NCBI GenBank assembly: GCA_051362555.1
Contig: CM120640.1
Location: 45,672,788-45,736,787 of the forward strand
Source of the DNA: Lingula anatina
Taxonomy: Eukaryota; Animalia; Brachiopoda
Length of the DNA stretch: 64,000 bases
Reading direction: 5' to 3'
The notes beneath the pieces were generated by a model. It did not search any database, was not told where the DNA came from, and worked only from the letters and a program-made list of their open reading frames with translations. Of the stretch, positions 14,401 through 29,400 are shown piece after piece. How positions within the stretch are numbered: the stretch's first letter is position 1; each line of letters starts with the position of its first letter. Both the position numbers and the translations under genes were made by a program.

Positions 14401-17400
14401 AAGATTTCACAGGACTTGTGGTAACAATACCTACATACTGACCATAATTTATTAATCAAAAATCTTTCACATACAGCTACCAAAGTACAAATTTGGATGA
14501 GCAGAGTTACTAACTAAATTAATCAAAACAATTTTAAAGAAGCAAACGTGTAGAGAGTTTGTGAATAACCCTGTTGTAGTTCTTTTTTCTTCAATTTGCT
14601 ATTGGAAAGCAAAGAAATGCACTTCTGAATCAATAATTATCAATCATTATGAATTCTATTGTTCTAACCTGTTGATTCACACTCATATATTGCCACACAG
14701 CAGTTGATCACTTTATCCTCAGGTCTATGTGTGTGTGCTCTGACATGTCCTGTCCTGTATGCCACAGCTACACGACCACTGTATGCACAGTTCACACTAA
14801 TGGGACGACCTACGAGACAGAAAAACATTGATATGTAATTGACTCTGAATCCTTTCACATTCATTTTCTGTACATAAATATTTTTATATATAAATTTTCT
14901 GTGAGATTTCACATTCTACTGACAAAGTTATAACATGATGGTTCACCTCATGGCCTTTATGAACATGAAAAAGGTCAGGACTTAACCTGGTGTATTGGCT
15001 GCAGTTAATAATATATAAGAACAAGATTAAAAGAACAATTCAATGATTTATACACCTTGGTTGCATTGTAGGTAAATATACCAATTAACTAAGATCTCGT
15101 AACTGTTAGTTAAGAGTTGTGATAGCAGTTCTTGACCGAGAACATAAACATTCAATCCTTTCATATGAAAAAAAAAATGTTTTTCATCTTGTTGCTATCA
15201 CTCACTCCACTAATCCTCATAAAAAGGGGGTGCAAAAGTCTTCACAGTGTCAATGACAAACAATTGTCTTTGGCTGAAATTTCTATCTATCATACATATG
15301 CTTTAACATATTCTGTTTGGTCCTATTATAATACCTGGAATATGTATTGCACTGGAGTCCTCTGTCCTTATCATCATCTCCCACTCTAGCCACTCAAAGC
15401 TCTCCGTCTTGCTCTCCTTATCCACTGTTGTCTTACACCTCCAAAACCTTAGCACCCGGTCAGAGCAAGCTGTCACAATAAGGTACGGAGCAAAGCATGC
15501 TGGGTAGATGGATGAACTACTCAGGTGACCAGCTGCCACTTGAGCGCAGGTGATTTCGATCCCCTCTGGTAGATGAAGCTTTTGAGAGTGCACCTGAAGT
15601 GGAAAAGTAACAAGGAAGTGATCAAAAGGTAAAAAATTATGATCTTACTTAATCAATTTTTACACCTGTCATACCTGAAGAAATAAGTACTGAATATGTT
15701 AACAGTGCACACCTGAGGCTCAACTTGTCATAATTTTTTCTACGGTGATGAATAATAAAATGAATAATAAATTTACTAAAAATATATAAATATCAAAAAC
15801 AGAATAGAAGTACCTTAAATGAAGTGAGAAAATTGACTGAAACAATGTGTGATGTAAAACACTGTCAATAATGCTGTAGAAGCTATCACAATTAGCACTG
15901 ATTCTAATATTATAGACAGAAAAAAAATTTTCAGTTCATTTTGTCATTGTGGTAAAGATATAAACAAAGTAGTAGACTGCTTTCATTTATCTCAAGCTTT
16001 TTCTATATCTTATATTTCATCTGTGAAAGATGTTCAAAGAAATCAACACTTGTTTTTAGTGGAAATGAGAAGCCTATCTAGTACTACTCAAAATTAACTG
16101 ATATTCTCCCTGCACCAATACCAAAAGAATCTGAAATTATCTATGAATCCCGAACAGAATCACTTTATTATTATTTCGAAACTGAACAGCACTTGATCAT
16201 AAATTTGCTGCATGAATTGAATGTATGAAAAAAAGAGAACAAAACACCCTAAACTGAAAAGTAATCTTTTCTTCAAAAATCACCCACAGTCACTATACTT
16301 CAATGAAATTTAAATACTACTTAGTACTGCTTGCAGCAGATAGGTTTGAAGCAGCTCTCAATACAAAACCTTTGTCCAAAAATGGACAAATCGTAATTAA
16401 ATATAAGTGAAATTTCATTGAATTATAGTTATTAATCTTGGAGAAATTCAAATTTAAATCTCTAAGCATCTCTGTTTTTTTGTGTTAAATGGTTTGCATC
16501 ATTTGAAAAGGCATTCTCATCTCACATGTTCTATAGAGACATGTGCTTCACCATATAATTCCGTTTGCTTTGAATCAGGCTCCTGAAAAGTTTTAAAAAG
16601 AAATGCTTTCCTTCAATAGAAAATTGGTATTCAATTCCTAGCTTGGTATACTCCAGCTATTCCAGTACAAAAATAAAAATATATCTTTATCCTAAAATGT
16701 TGCATTTATAGGTGGTGGGTTATTTGTGATATTAAGAAATAAATACATTTTGTAACAGAAAAACATGGTATTTTCATATTACATATATAACACATGAAAG
16801 TTACACAAAAAATGTAGTATATATTGACTAAATCATTTATATTGTAATTATTCCAAGACAAAACCAATTATTTACTTTGGTAGTGCTTATATTGATCTTT
16901 GGTCTCTTGGTTTCTCTTGATGTGGTCCCATCCTGGGCATCACTGATATCCGAGTTAATAGAGCTGTCATCTTCATACCGCGTGTTCTCAGTCTCTGGGC
17001 CACGATTACCTTCAGTTTTCTGACCTGAAAATATCAATATAAGAATTCACAGATGACTGCTTAAATGTCTTTCTTCTTCGACTTAAATGTCTTTCTTCTT
17101 CCGCTCTACTTAAATTATGTTTAACAGACCAGAAAAACATAAGACAAGCAAAATATACATTGTATACTGATTTTTCATTATAGTTTAACTAATGTTTTAG
17201 TCAGTAAATAAAACTTAGAGAAAAACATTTTTTTGCCAAAATGGAATAAATTACATAACATAGATAAATTACACGATTAATACATAACAAAATACCATAC
17301 CGAAGTATTTTTCTCTCTTTATCCAAAGTATGTAATTCTTGCCTACTGGCAAAAGTCTGATATGCCAGTGTGAGATGTGGAGATTTGCACCAGCCACTGA

Positions 17401-20400
17401 AGTTACTTACCAGGAAAATCTGGCTGTGAGGCTATCACAATCTTCCACATATGGATGACAGAGTGGTGCTCACTGGGGACTTTCTCTACCACCACAAGGT
17501 AGAAGTTCTCCTCAAACATGGACAGGTACCTCAGGTCCACAAAGGCTTCTTGGTTGGCCTGGTCAGCATGGTCTGAATGGCTAGGGGGCAGCCTGCCAGT
17601 GACCATCTGCTCTTGGAAAATGTGCAAGAGCTGGGTGTTGTGCCAGTCCTGAAAGGAAACATTGATATTTTAAGTTACTATGATGCATGGGTATAAGCTG
17701 TGAAACATTTTTTGGGAGGAGGGGGATATGTCTTTTTCCGATTGGATATGAATTTAATATTAACTTTTAGCATATAAGATAATTATTTTCAAAAAATCAA
17801 AAAAATACTCCCAACTACATATCTTCCTAATCACATATGGTCTACATATTCAAAATGTAATACAACTGTCATGTTTTTCCATAATTCTTTATTTCATCCA
17901 TGCATTTAACAATGACTATAATGAATAATATACCTATATAAAACAACCAGTACAGTGAAAGAAGAAAATACAAAGTTTAGTTAAACTAAGAATCTGGGCT
18001 AGGGTTTGATTGTGTTGAATATAATTATAATGAAATGGTTAAAAATAATTTGTTTTTCTTCACATATTCTAACCTGTACAGCATCTGTGAGACTGTCAAG
18101 CTCTATGATGCAGCCTGGTCTGGCAGTAGACTGGAGGCTGACTATGTTGAACTCGCCTCCCAGTGTTGTACCACTGTTCATATCCATACTATCTGACATT
18201 GTGGTAAAACTTGCAAAGGACTAGAAGAGAGTACAAACATTTTTATGAACAGATCCAGCATTAAAGTCATCTTTCCAATATCAATTTAGAAGATAGGGCC
18301 TAATTTTGTACCCTAAATAATTCTGCCATCAAGCTGATTTTTCTGATATAAAAAGAACTTGAAGCAAGAAGTGCCGGTGACTCGGTGGGATTCTTTAAGT
18401 GCATAATTTTTCCATTAAAATGTTATGATCAATTTTCTCACATGCCCTTAAAAGGTCTAAAACAAGCATCTGTGAGAAGCATTCTGTTCTGGGATATGTT
18501 TTTTTTCCTAATGAATCAATGCTGCTTAACAGGTTTACTATCAGTAAGAATATAACTTATGCCCGTTTCCCTTTTTCTGATGTGTATTCCAATCTTAGAC
18601 CAGTAGTTACTATCAAATACCACACAATCATGAAGAAACTGAACAACACTCATTTCTGCAAACATTGTTGATCAAATATCTCAGAATCATGACGAAACTG
18701 TGCAAACATTTAAAGGTTTTATTTAATACCTCAGTGTCCCTTCTGATCTGTTTGTCTACCATGAGAGTTCTGGCATCTATCACAGCTTGGTACACACGTA
18801 GGCAGCTGCCATCACTGGCCACAAATAACGCACTGGGAGAGTTGCTTTTAGAACCTAGACTATAGCTGATGATGAAAGTGGTAATGATTTAAGGTTATAA
18901 ATTGCATTTATTTTTTTATTACATTGATAAATTCTAGCATAAACATTTATCCAAACATTAAAGATCATCAACTCTTTCTGAAAAAAAAAATTAGATAAAA
19001 AAATAATAATAAAATAAATAAATAAATAAATCATAATAAACATTAGATCATAATAATTCAATGAGAACTTAATATACTGGTATGACTAAACAAAAAATGT
19101 ACATAAACAATTGTTTTACTGTTTTTGAAAATTTGAAGTCTATATGCAGAAGAAGGAATGAAAGTAAATGCAGCTAAGAAATGACTTCCTCAAGAAGTTT
19201 TGAGAAACAAAAAAGCACTAATACATAAAAAATGGCATGAAATTAAAAGGAATCGGTTTAGTAATCTAAGTTTGATATAAACATTTAACACAAGCAATTT
19301 TATTTTCTCTAATTCTACAAAGTCTATCACAGCTCAAAACTATAAAGTTACTCCCAGTCCCACTGACAAACAAGTGTGCAGGGCTGATAGAAAAATAAAG
19401 GCTTTACCTTGGTAATAATGTCGGAAGCCAAGCAACACTAGAAAATGCTGATAAGCAAGGGGAATTAATCCTGGCCAGTTCTGTTATTCCTCCTAATTTG
19501 GACAATGGTCCCACAGGATCAACTCTCCACAATATCAACTCACTACAAAAACCTGCAGGCTCCCAGCCCTGCTTACAATTTGCCTCCGAGGTCGCTGAAC
19601 TCTCTGGCATATTATGATGTGACGTTGTAAGAAGCAATGGAAGCACAGGATGACACGCAGCAGTGTTTGTGCGGAAACGATGCCCACATGCCCGTGCCAC
19701 ATGGGATATGCTTAGCACAGTCGCAAATTTTGATGTCTCAGCAAAGCTGATTTGCCACTGGTTCAGAGACCCATCCTGGTGTTTTGAAAGCATTAATATG
19801 ATTGGTAGAATGGAGCTATCACAGTTGGATCTGTCTTGGTCTTCTCTTTCCCCCCTCACTGAACTGAATGACAAACAACTTCCACTGGAACTCTCCAGTG
19901 TCTCCTGATGCATGTAGAGAGCTGACTGGATATCCATCTTGCTGTGCTTGCAGTACAGCTCCATGTGAGGGTGCATATTGAGAGCATCAGCCTGGGGCAG
20001 AGCATGAGGAATTCTGGAGGAAAAACTGACCTGTGCTTGGCGGAACGAACCAGGGATGTACTCATCCAGCCAGTCAATTAACCTGAAAGTGTTTGAATAT
20101 CACCAGATTAAATATGCTTTTAACTGAAAATAACAAGCCATTTTAAATTATCCTTTTTTATTTTGAACAGATATCAGTTTATAAACATAACAAGAGATCT
20201 AATATATTCATGGCCAATTTATTTCTTACGGCCGTACTAAGTATATGTCAGCCTGTTTATTCTGTTATAATGCCGAATGACACAGTTGTGTCAGAGGGAA
20301 ATATAAAATTCAATAGTTACCTGCTTCCCAATCACCTTTCAAATCACAGTTTTATTCATATGAAACAAACATGGAAGTGAAACATGAAAATTTGATTTGG

Positions 20401-23400
20401 GAAAGACTTCTTTTTACCTCAATTCCACTTACCACACAAGAAAACTCCCGTCCACAGGGTGAATGCTGAACAACATGTCAGCACTCTGGTGCCAGTCCAG
20501 TAGCAACTGTTCTATCTTAGTGTCTAAAGCCTCATTAGCTGTCACCTGAGGAACAACAGTTTCACCACTGTTACAAGATGATTCAGAGAAGTGCACAGTC
20601 TACAAACCGAGAATGAAAGAGAAAAAAAGGACAAATCTTTTAATATTACTTAAGTTTTAAACCAAACCAATTTTAACTTTTCAAGATTCCATCCACGGAT
20701 GCCTTCATGCCTTTGTCACGTGCTGAGAGGATGAAAAATTGGAGGTGTTTTTTAAAGCTTGCATTCCTGAAGCGAACCGTAAAATGCAAGCTTTTTACAG
20801 ACTGGTGCACCTTGGCTGTTTTTTAAAGTAGCACCATTACAAACACCACTCTTTGCACTGCTTTGCCAGCACCGTATTACCAGCACCACTACCAAACTGC
20901 TAGAGGAACAAACACTTTGTGCAGGGATACTGAGAAAGAGAAGAAAACAGCATTCAACAAACGCAGAAATACTAGTGCGCATACAAATACAAACAGAATC
21001 AAACTATGTATAAATTCTTGATCACTGTAAATCATTCAAACATTACAAACCCTTTCTTCTCATTAACAGATAATTGGATAAAATAAAACAAACTGTTTCA
21101 GGAACAATCCAATTTTAGCAGGCAACTTTGAAAGTCAATAATTTTTTTCCAGTTTTCAAGCATTGTTTTTTAACTAACAATCAAGAATCTATACCAAGTT
21201 ATACACATTGTACATATCAATGGCTTCTTGTTCAGGCCAAAATGATAATGTAAAAACTCTAGATCAGAAGCCATTGATTGTGTTATAAACAACAGGGTGC
21301 ACCCAATAATTAAAAAAATAAATAAATGAAATTTAAAAAAAGACATGGGGAGGAGACCAATAAATTCATGAGCAATCTTGCATTTGCTAGTGCATGTGAC
21401 AGTATCAATAATTATATACAATTTCATTTCAAAAGCTCACGACAGGAGAAGCAATCACTGCAGTTTGCTTATAGTGTGCAAGTAATTACAACAAACAACA
21501 ACAAAGTTCTTGTTAAGTAGGTTACCACCTTTTTAAAATTTATCAGTGAAAAGCCACATTTCTGAAAAAATCTGATGTTAACCTAATTAACAAAAAACAT
21601 CATATAATTAAAAGAACCAACAAAATAACCTAATAGAACACACCACAAAACATGCATTTTCAAATACAAAGCCACAACAGTAGTATATGTTTTATATACA
21701 TATACAAATCACCAAAAAGTAGCACAACACCTCTATAACTAGCAGTTTTAAATTTACAATTGTTCTAAGAAAAGTGTAAAATGCCACAACAAAATTTCCA
21801 GTCTATGCATAGTATAGCTCTCTCTATAAACAGTAAAACTCATGCAACACATGCAAGAAACTCCATCCCATAGTAAATGTGAACCCCATACATGCACAAG
21901 ACTGCTGGTCATGCAGACAACATTTAATTGATTGCAATAAAACTGATATTCTACCAATTTAAACCACAAATCACATCAAAATTAATAAAATTATAGTGAA
22001 ATCACTTCCAAATCAAATCCCAGCACCAAAATTAGTTCAAAAGTAAGTTTTTTGTGTAAAATAAAATCCCAGCACCAGGGGTCAACATTAATATGGAATC
22101 AAAGTGGGGAAGTTTTTAAATTCAACTTACCCTACACAGTATGCATACCCATAGTTATGGCTATATATATGTGTATATAAATATATGTTATAGCCCTGTG
22201 TTATAAAGCAGACTATGAAGATATTTTACCTTCACTGGTTCAGTATCATTTAAAACATTGCTGGATCCATGTGATGTCATAGAAACATCACTGCGGACTG
22301 TATACATGCCGGAACTTCTGTGTTTGTCACTGTCATGATGGTGATCATTGGCATCGCCGTTCTCATGGCGGTGATGCTCCTTGTCTTTGTGATGATCCTT
22401 GTGATGGCGCTTTAATTTTAGAGAGTATCTCTTCTTTTTCTTCTCTGAAAATTAAAGACACACACAGTGTCAATGTCAAACTCTTAATTTTACGTTTATT
22501 TTGGTGATGTATAGCATTATACATGCAAATGCTTTGCCGATGTACCAGAGATTAAATGATGCAAACATATATCAATCATATTTCCTGAAATCTGAATTTT
22601 TTTAAAAACTGTGAATGACTGGTAACCTTTGAATGACTGGTAACCAATCATCTAAAATATCTTCTCACATACCCACACATAAGCACGCGCACAAGCACCA
22701 ACAAAAAATTTTCTTTTTTTAATGTAATCACCATGCTTATGTTCCTCGTGATGGTCATAATCATCACTATAATGACTGTCATGACTTTCTCCTGCCTTCT
22801 CCTTTTCTTTCATCTGATTCTTTTCTGTCTCCGCAGCTTTCTTAAAGATATTTTCTAAAATTTTCTCAGCTTCTAGTGAGAAATGGAACTCCTTGTTATT
22901 CAGCCAATGGACCACAAAGTTGCTATCCTTGCTGCCCTTCATGCCCTGTACAGCTGGGAGAAGAGGGATATCTTCAGAAAGAAAAAAATGTGCCAATTAA
23001 TATCAAATGTAGATTTTTTACATGAAATCATTGACAATGAATAAAGTATGGATATAAGGCAGACATTTTTATTTATTTTATTTATTAAACTTTATTTATT
23101 GAGGGTAAAAACATGGTATTTATAAAAATTATCTTCTCCATGGCCCTCAATTTAACACAAAATCTGCCTAACTTCCTACAACAGATGGCCAGATTATAGA
23201 CTGAGGTATTACACAATGACTCACTACTATAACCTAGCCATATAATAGTGGTATTTAGACCAATTTCCTGTTTCAAGTCATCTTAGTCAAAACTTGAACC
23301 TGCATATGAAGACTAGCAGATGTGCAATAAATATCTTGATGCAATCCTGTATGTTATAAATTATATTAACACAAAATCAGACTAATCTAATTTAGATGGG

Positions 23401-26400
23401 AACTTATTCCACACACCCCTTGGCCTAGCTCCATCTGATTTTTTTCTTTTGTCTTACCCCCTTTCAATAATATCTGACCACTTTGTCCAAAAGTTTACTT
23501 AAAATTTATAACAAAACACTGTAACTGTCACAAGAACAAATACTATAAATTATATAAAAAAATATTATTTTTGTCATTTACCTGTTTCTGGGTTAATACT
23601 AGCAGCTAAATGAAAATGAAATCCTGGAGAAATGCCAAGAATGTCATGGACACCAAATTTATGGAAATCGTGAGTACTCTTCATGCTTGGGAGTGGGAGA
23701 ACACCATCGCCATCTACTGGCTGCTGATGATATCTTTTATGTCGCTTTCTTTTGTGAAGGGCATTCCTGGAAAAGGAAATAAAGATGTGATATGAAAAAA
23801 AAAATCATACTGTACCATAAAATTTGGGACCGATTTTACTAGGACCTTGTCAGCTGACCACTTTTAACTCGTCACAATCAAAATGGTGGCGGAACTCAAA
23901 GCACTACCATATAATTGGCCAATAATTAAATAAAATTATGACATACAAGACAACATTATGTACCTGATGTGGTTAATCCTTTGGATGAATTTATTCTTGT
24001 GTCTATGTGTCCTGTACTTTGGGTTGGTGGCGGCAGTGGGATCAAACTGGTGCAGGTCCACCAGTCCATTGTCTGGCAGTATTGTCTCCACCCAGATACG
24101 ACATATGTTGTCCCTACATGATGTTACCAACATATTGCCAACTGCCCCTCTGAAATTTAATAATTATAATGATAATATCAGCATAAAGACATATACACAT
24201 ACACAAACAAACAAAACAAAAATTGTTTCCAAATGACAAAATGACATAACTTGCTCAAATTTTTCAGCATCAGTTATAGGTGTTTTGTTTTTCTTTCTGA
24301 CTTACAAACTCAGAAAGCCATTTGGACACTCACTGATAATAATTCCAGTACAGTCAGTATAAAAATGTGGTAAAAAAAAAGAGATAATTAGCAAACAAGA
24401 TCCATAAAAAACCAATTAGAGATACTGCTGACATTTATCATTTTACATTTATTCATATATCAATTCATCTGGACTGAGCCAATTAAGAAGACTAATGAAA
24501 CTTTTTTATCATGGGCAGGCTTAATCTGGTTAACAGACAATTCCCTGAGAGATCTAATTGATACCTCTCTCCATCCATCACCATTTACAGCCGTGTTTAG
24601 ACCAAGACTGCTGCAAAATGGAAATGAGTCTAACTTCCATCATCAAATGACCAAATAACAAGAGCAACCAATTTACAATGTGTCTGTACGTTTTCTGGTC
24701 GTCTGACAATCTGTGTCCAGCTGGTTTAAAGAAATAGATCAGCATGCATCAAAGTTCCAACTTCTATCAACAGATGAAACATTAAATCTCTTACGAAACA
24801 CACCAAGATTGCACAGCAACCTACAGTTAAAAAATTCAATTTTAGTTCCCTTTTCAACTTCACAAGGGACACTCAAAAATTGTTGCAACTGACTTATGAA
24901 ATATCTCATATGGACAATTCATGTAACAATTTGTGTTTATAAAAATACCAGCATACTGTGCATATAGCAGTTTCATGAAAATAAAGTCTAATGGATTTTA
25001 TAAATGACACCTGTTAATTGCAGGGAACACACAAGTTGCCAACTCAGCTCCAGGCTACATAAATAAATCGGGTGGATTTCTATGTGCCATAGGGTTACTG
25101 CTGTGCAGAAAACTAGTGCTAACTGATGAATGACGTCTATTGAAATACCCCATTGAAAACCATCTATTACTGCTATTGTGAGTAATATTGCTATTGCTAC
25201 CTGTGAGTCATTCATCAATCTATTACTGTAATATTAAATCCCCCAGCAATTCAATAAATTTAACTGGGAAATTGCAACTCTAACAATGAGATCAGATATC
25301 ACTTCCCATCTTTTCCAGTCTGAATCAGGCCCTAGTCAAAGGAAATGATTACAGTAATTATTCATCATACTCCTAAAAAATTTACTAAACATATTTCCTA
25401 AAACTAAGATTTATGTGAAATATGTTAAAAGATTATCTGAAAGTCTACAAAGCCAGCCAGATTCATATTTAATAGCATGTACTTTAAAGTGAGTACCTAG
25501 ATATTATAAGATCTTGCTAAAAGCATAAAAAGTCTTTGAAATTTGTAAATAATTGCAGCAGTTACAACAAATGACTTTGTGTGAGAGGCTGCACTCCAGA
25601 TAAGCCATCCCAGGGACATCTTTTCAGATACAGCAGCTCTGGAAGTGAGCTACAAAGGCGTGCTGTTTTGGTTTCTACTTATTTCTTTTTTGTTTTCTAC
25701 GTATCTTATTATCAATTTTTTCCTTTTCTTTTCTTCCGTTAAAATGGTCCTCAATGTGACCTGACATAGAGTATTTGTATTCTTAAAGTATTTTTGTATG
25801 TGTGCAATATGTCCAGATTAACTATTGCTGAACAAACATTTACGCTGCTTATCATTATAATCAAGAACAAAAACCAATTCCAGAGAGAGCTTATCCTAAT
25901 CCTGCTCATTAGTCCTTTCCAGGATTCAAACTGGTTGTTTATTAGACATGACAACATCTCATAAGTTGCCTTGTTTACCAAGTACAGAAACTGACACCTA
26001 AAAAATACTGAAATGCCATGGCATTTATCTTAATTTCATCAGCAACAAACCCACTGCAAATGTAATAGACACTGGACAGACTAAAGCATACTCCTTTACC
26101 CAATGCCTTTAACTATATGTCTTGTATGCTGGAAAATCAATGATCAATTGATAAAGAATAATTTGTGTATCTTATTTTCTTTAATGATGATGATGACAAT
26201 AATAATTTCACCACTGGTGAGAATTTAATATGCAAGTGCTATCCCCATGTTCAACATGCCCCTCCTTACCGTGGCATGTACTTGCTGGTCTTTCTCCATG
26301 AAAACCCAGTTACTGCTCTCGGGTGGGCAATGTAGATAAAAGAAAACTTCAGCTCCGTCTTCTGGGGACTGAAACTGTCCATTCTAAAGCCTGGCAATTG

Positions 26401-29400
26401 CACTGAAACAATTGAATTACATGGATTATAGACATGCATTGACTACCAATACTGTAGTTTTATGCAGAACTACCAGTCAGGATTGTAAACATGGGTCAGG
26501 AAGGGAAGAAGTCTCCAGATATCTGGGCTCACTCAAGCATGACAAGTCTGAAATTTGAAGCAAAACAGACACTTGTAAATACAACATTATGTGTGATAGG
26601 CAACACTTTTGTGCCAGCATGAGTCAAAATAAAAAAAAAAAAGGATTACATTTAAACTATATTTATATTATTATATTACATTATTTCTATTTTTATTCAT
26701 ATTCAATTTAGCAAAATATCTGAAATGAGGTAATTGACAGTGAAAACAATCATCCCAGTTGAGCCACCCCAAGTATCAAGTTTTTATATATTATTTAGAT
26801 GTTTATATCATCTATCAACATAATTCAATGTTTATTAATAATACACTTTATTTCTTTTATTAATGGGACTTCCAATAAAAGCGGCCATCATCGGCCAAAT
26901 TTCAAACATCACACTTGAGTTTGTTCCATTCTTTTAAAGGACGGATCCTATTTCTTACATCAGCTTAGATCAAGGAGACATAAATATTATTTAGAACATG
27001 ATGGTGTGGGGAAAGCTGGTTAGGACTCAGGTACTCAAGGTACATTGTAACTTTAAGTATCCTAGTTGGTGAGCAAGAGCAAATTCAGAAGGGTGATAAC
27101 TGAAATATTGATAAACTGATCACTCGCTCTACAACTTACAAAATGCATGTTACACATTGGGCTAATCTCTGAGGAGTTAGGTACATTAAAGAATTAATGC
27201 TAGCTCCAAGAGCAATAAAATGATCAACTGCTTTGAAACTTATCTTTTGCTTTGCAGATCAAAGGGCTTTGTACTGAAAGTGGTGCAAATTGAATAGTAG
27301 CATCAGTCTGTAACTTGAAGAAATTTTGCTCTAATTTACACTTTGCATGTTACTGAATACTACAGAATAAGCACTCACAAGTGAACCTGTCTTGGGACAG
27401 GATTGTTTCAAATGAATTCATTAAATTTTGGAAATAAGATGGTATGTTCCACAATGTTTGGTATGTGAATACAACAAAATTAATAGCACTATTTACCACG
27501 AGGATAATTCACCATGAAAAAATGTGCCATTATCATCAAGGGAGTTATCTAACTAAGTAGTAATTCATAGTTTGCATGTTATGTCATATTTCACGCATGT
27601 GACTTTATTCCCTGAGTACCTATCATCATCATATATATGCTTACTGTTAAGAAGTTGCACTCAAGTTAGCTTACTATAAATTCAAAGATGGTGTCAACTT
27701 TTAGTGGTAGGACTGGCAGCTAAGCAATAAAAGTAGGTCTAAAATGTACTTTTTTTATCAATATTGAAGATAACAAATTACATCTTCAACCTTTTCTAAT
27801 GTAGAAGCTGTCAATACACTGTTATATATATTTTTTTTCAAAAAAAAAAAAAAAACTGTAATTTCATCTGTGAAACCCTATAAGAGTCATCCATTGAATG
27901 ACGTGATATGGCAAGCAATGCCATTTTGAATGAGAATATGATCTACCCACCATTTCTCAATGCCTTTTTTACATTCATTGAATGTCTATTTTTTAAGCCA
28001 GACATTTTCATTGGCATAAACAAAATGTGTTTAATTCAATATAAATATCATTAATAAATGTTTTTGATTACCATGCTTATCTATCAAAAAAAAAAAATAA
28101 TAATAATAATAATAATAAAAAATAAATAAATAAATAAACAAATAAATAAACATTTCTCTAAGATAACAGCTAATCTCTTTAAGATTATAGCTTATCTTCT
28201 TTCTGATATTCATTCTACAAATGAAATATGAGCAAGGATTCAGTAATTTTGACATCTTTCTTATCACAAGAAACCCTTTTCATCCACATCTGACACATCT
28301 CTGCTAAATTATCTGTAAAGACATCTCATTCAGAAATAATAGAGCATGATTTATGCCCCCTTCTCTTGACCTATTCTTCTGGGAGAGAATTAATTATCCG
28401 TGTCTTTAGCCCACAGGTAAAATTCTTCAGATGAAGGAGTGTGTCCGATTGCTATGATATGTACCACCATTATAGATACATAAAATCCACACCACACTTG
28501 TGTAACGGAATGGTCTCAGGTCATATTTTTATTGTTTGTATGAACAGGGATGAGACTGCCATTTAGTGAAAAAGTCTGAAAATATGGTGTGGGGTCAAAG
28601 GGGCCGCCTGTATCAATTTTAAAATGATACTGTTGGCTCCCGAAAATTCAGAGATCTACTGATAGTCAGAAAAAATCTCATTATTGATGAACTGGACTGG
28701 GCTACCAGTCCCTTAAGTAATGACTAGAGATTAGAATAGCCTAATAGCGCAAACTTTATGAACACCATAACCAGGTACTGTAACTGTAACAGAGAATGAT
28801 TTATTTTGACACACTCTTTTTCATAATTTGATTTCCAGGCTGCAGTTATTCTATCCATTAGGTAAATTGGTTGGTAACATGGGCATGGTTAGTCTATTTT
28901 AAGTGATAGATCTTCAGTCATTTTTGAGTCAAAGTTGACAGCTGAGAGATGCAGTACCAGCAATGTTCTGGATGCATCTTATAATTTATCTAGATCACTG
29001 CTACCCCCAAGACATAATCCTTCACTCATATTCATTTTAGTCAGCTCAGACAACAAAATTAATATTATATCTAGTCCACTTTCATAGATGTAAATATCAA
29101 TATAAGTAAGTCGTGAGTATCAGTTTAATGATCCATGTAATCAATACACATGTCAGTCAAATGTGTATACATGGTCTGGATAAGATGGTGAGAAAAACAA
29201 GTCATTATCTTCAGCTTCTCTTTCTACCCAACAGTAACATAAATCACATAATGTCACATACAGCGGTTAGTGGTATGTGTGTGTGCAGTGACCCCAAAAG
29301 ACCTAATGTACTTGCTCATGTCTTTGCTTAAACCCCCTTTACACTGGACAGCAGCCTTTTTGTGACCATGAAACTGGCATCGCTGTGGTTGTAGAAAGGA

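Noticed and set aside
8270-19908. Plus-strand ORFs overlapping DMXL exons (for example 8993-9376, 13311-13682, 19663-19908)
   Set aside because: Antisense shadows of coding exons, with no motifs or splice structure of their own.
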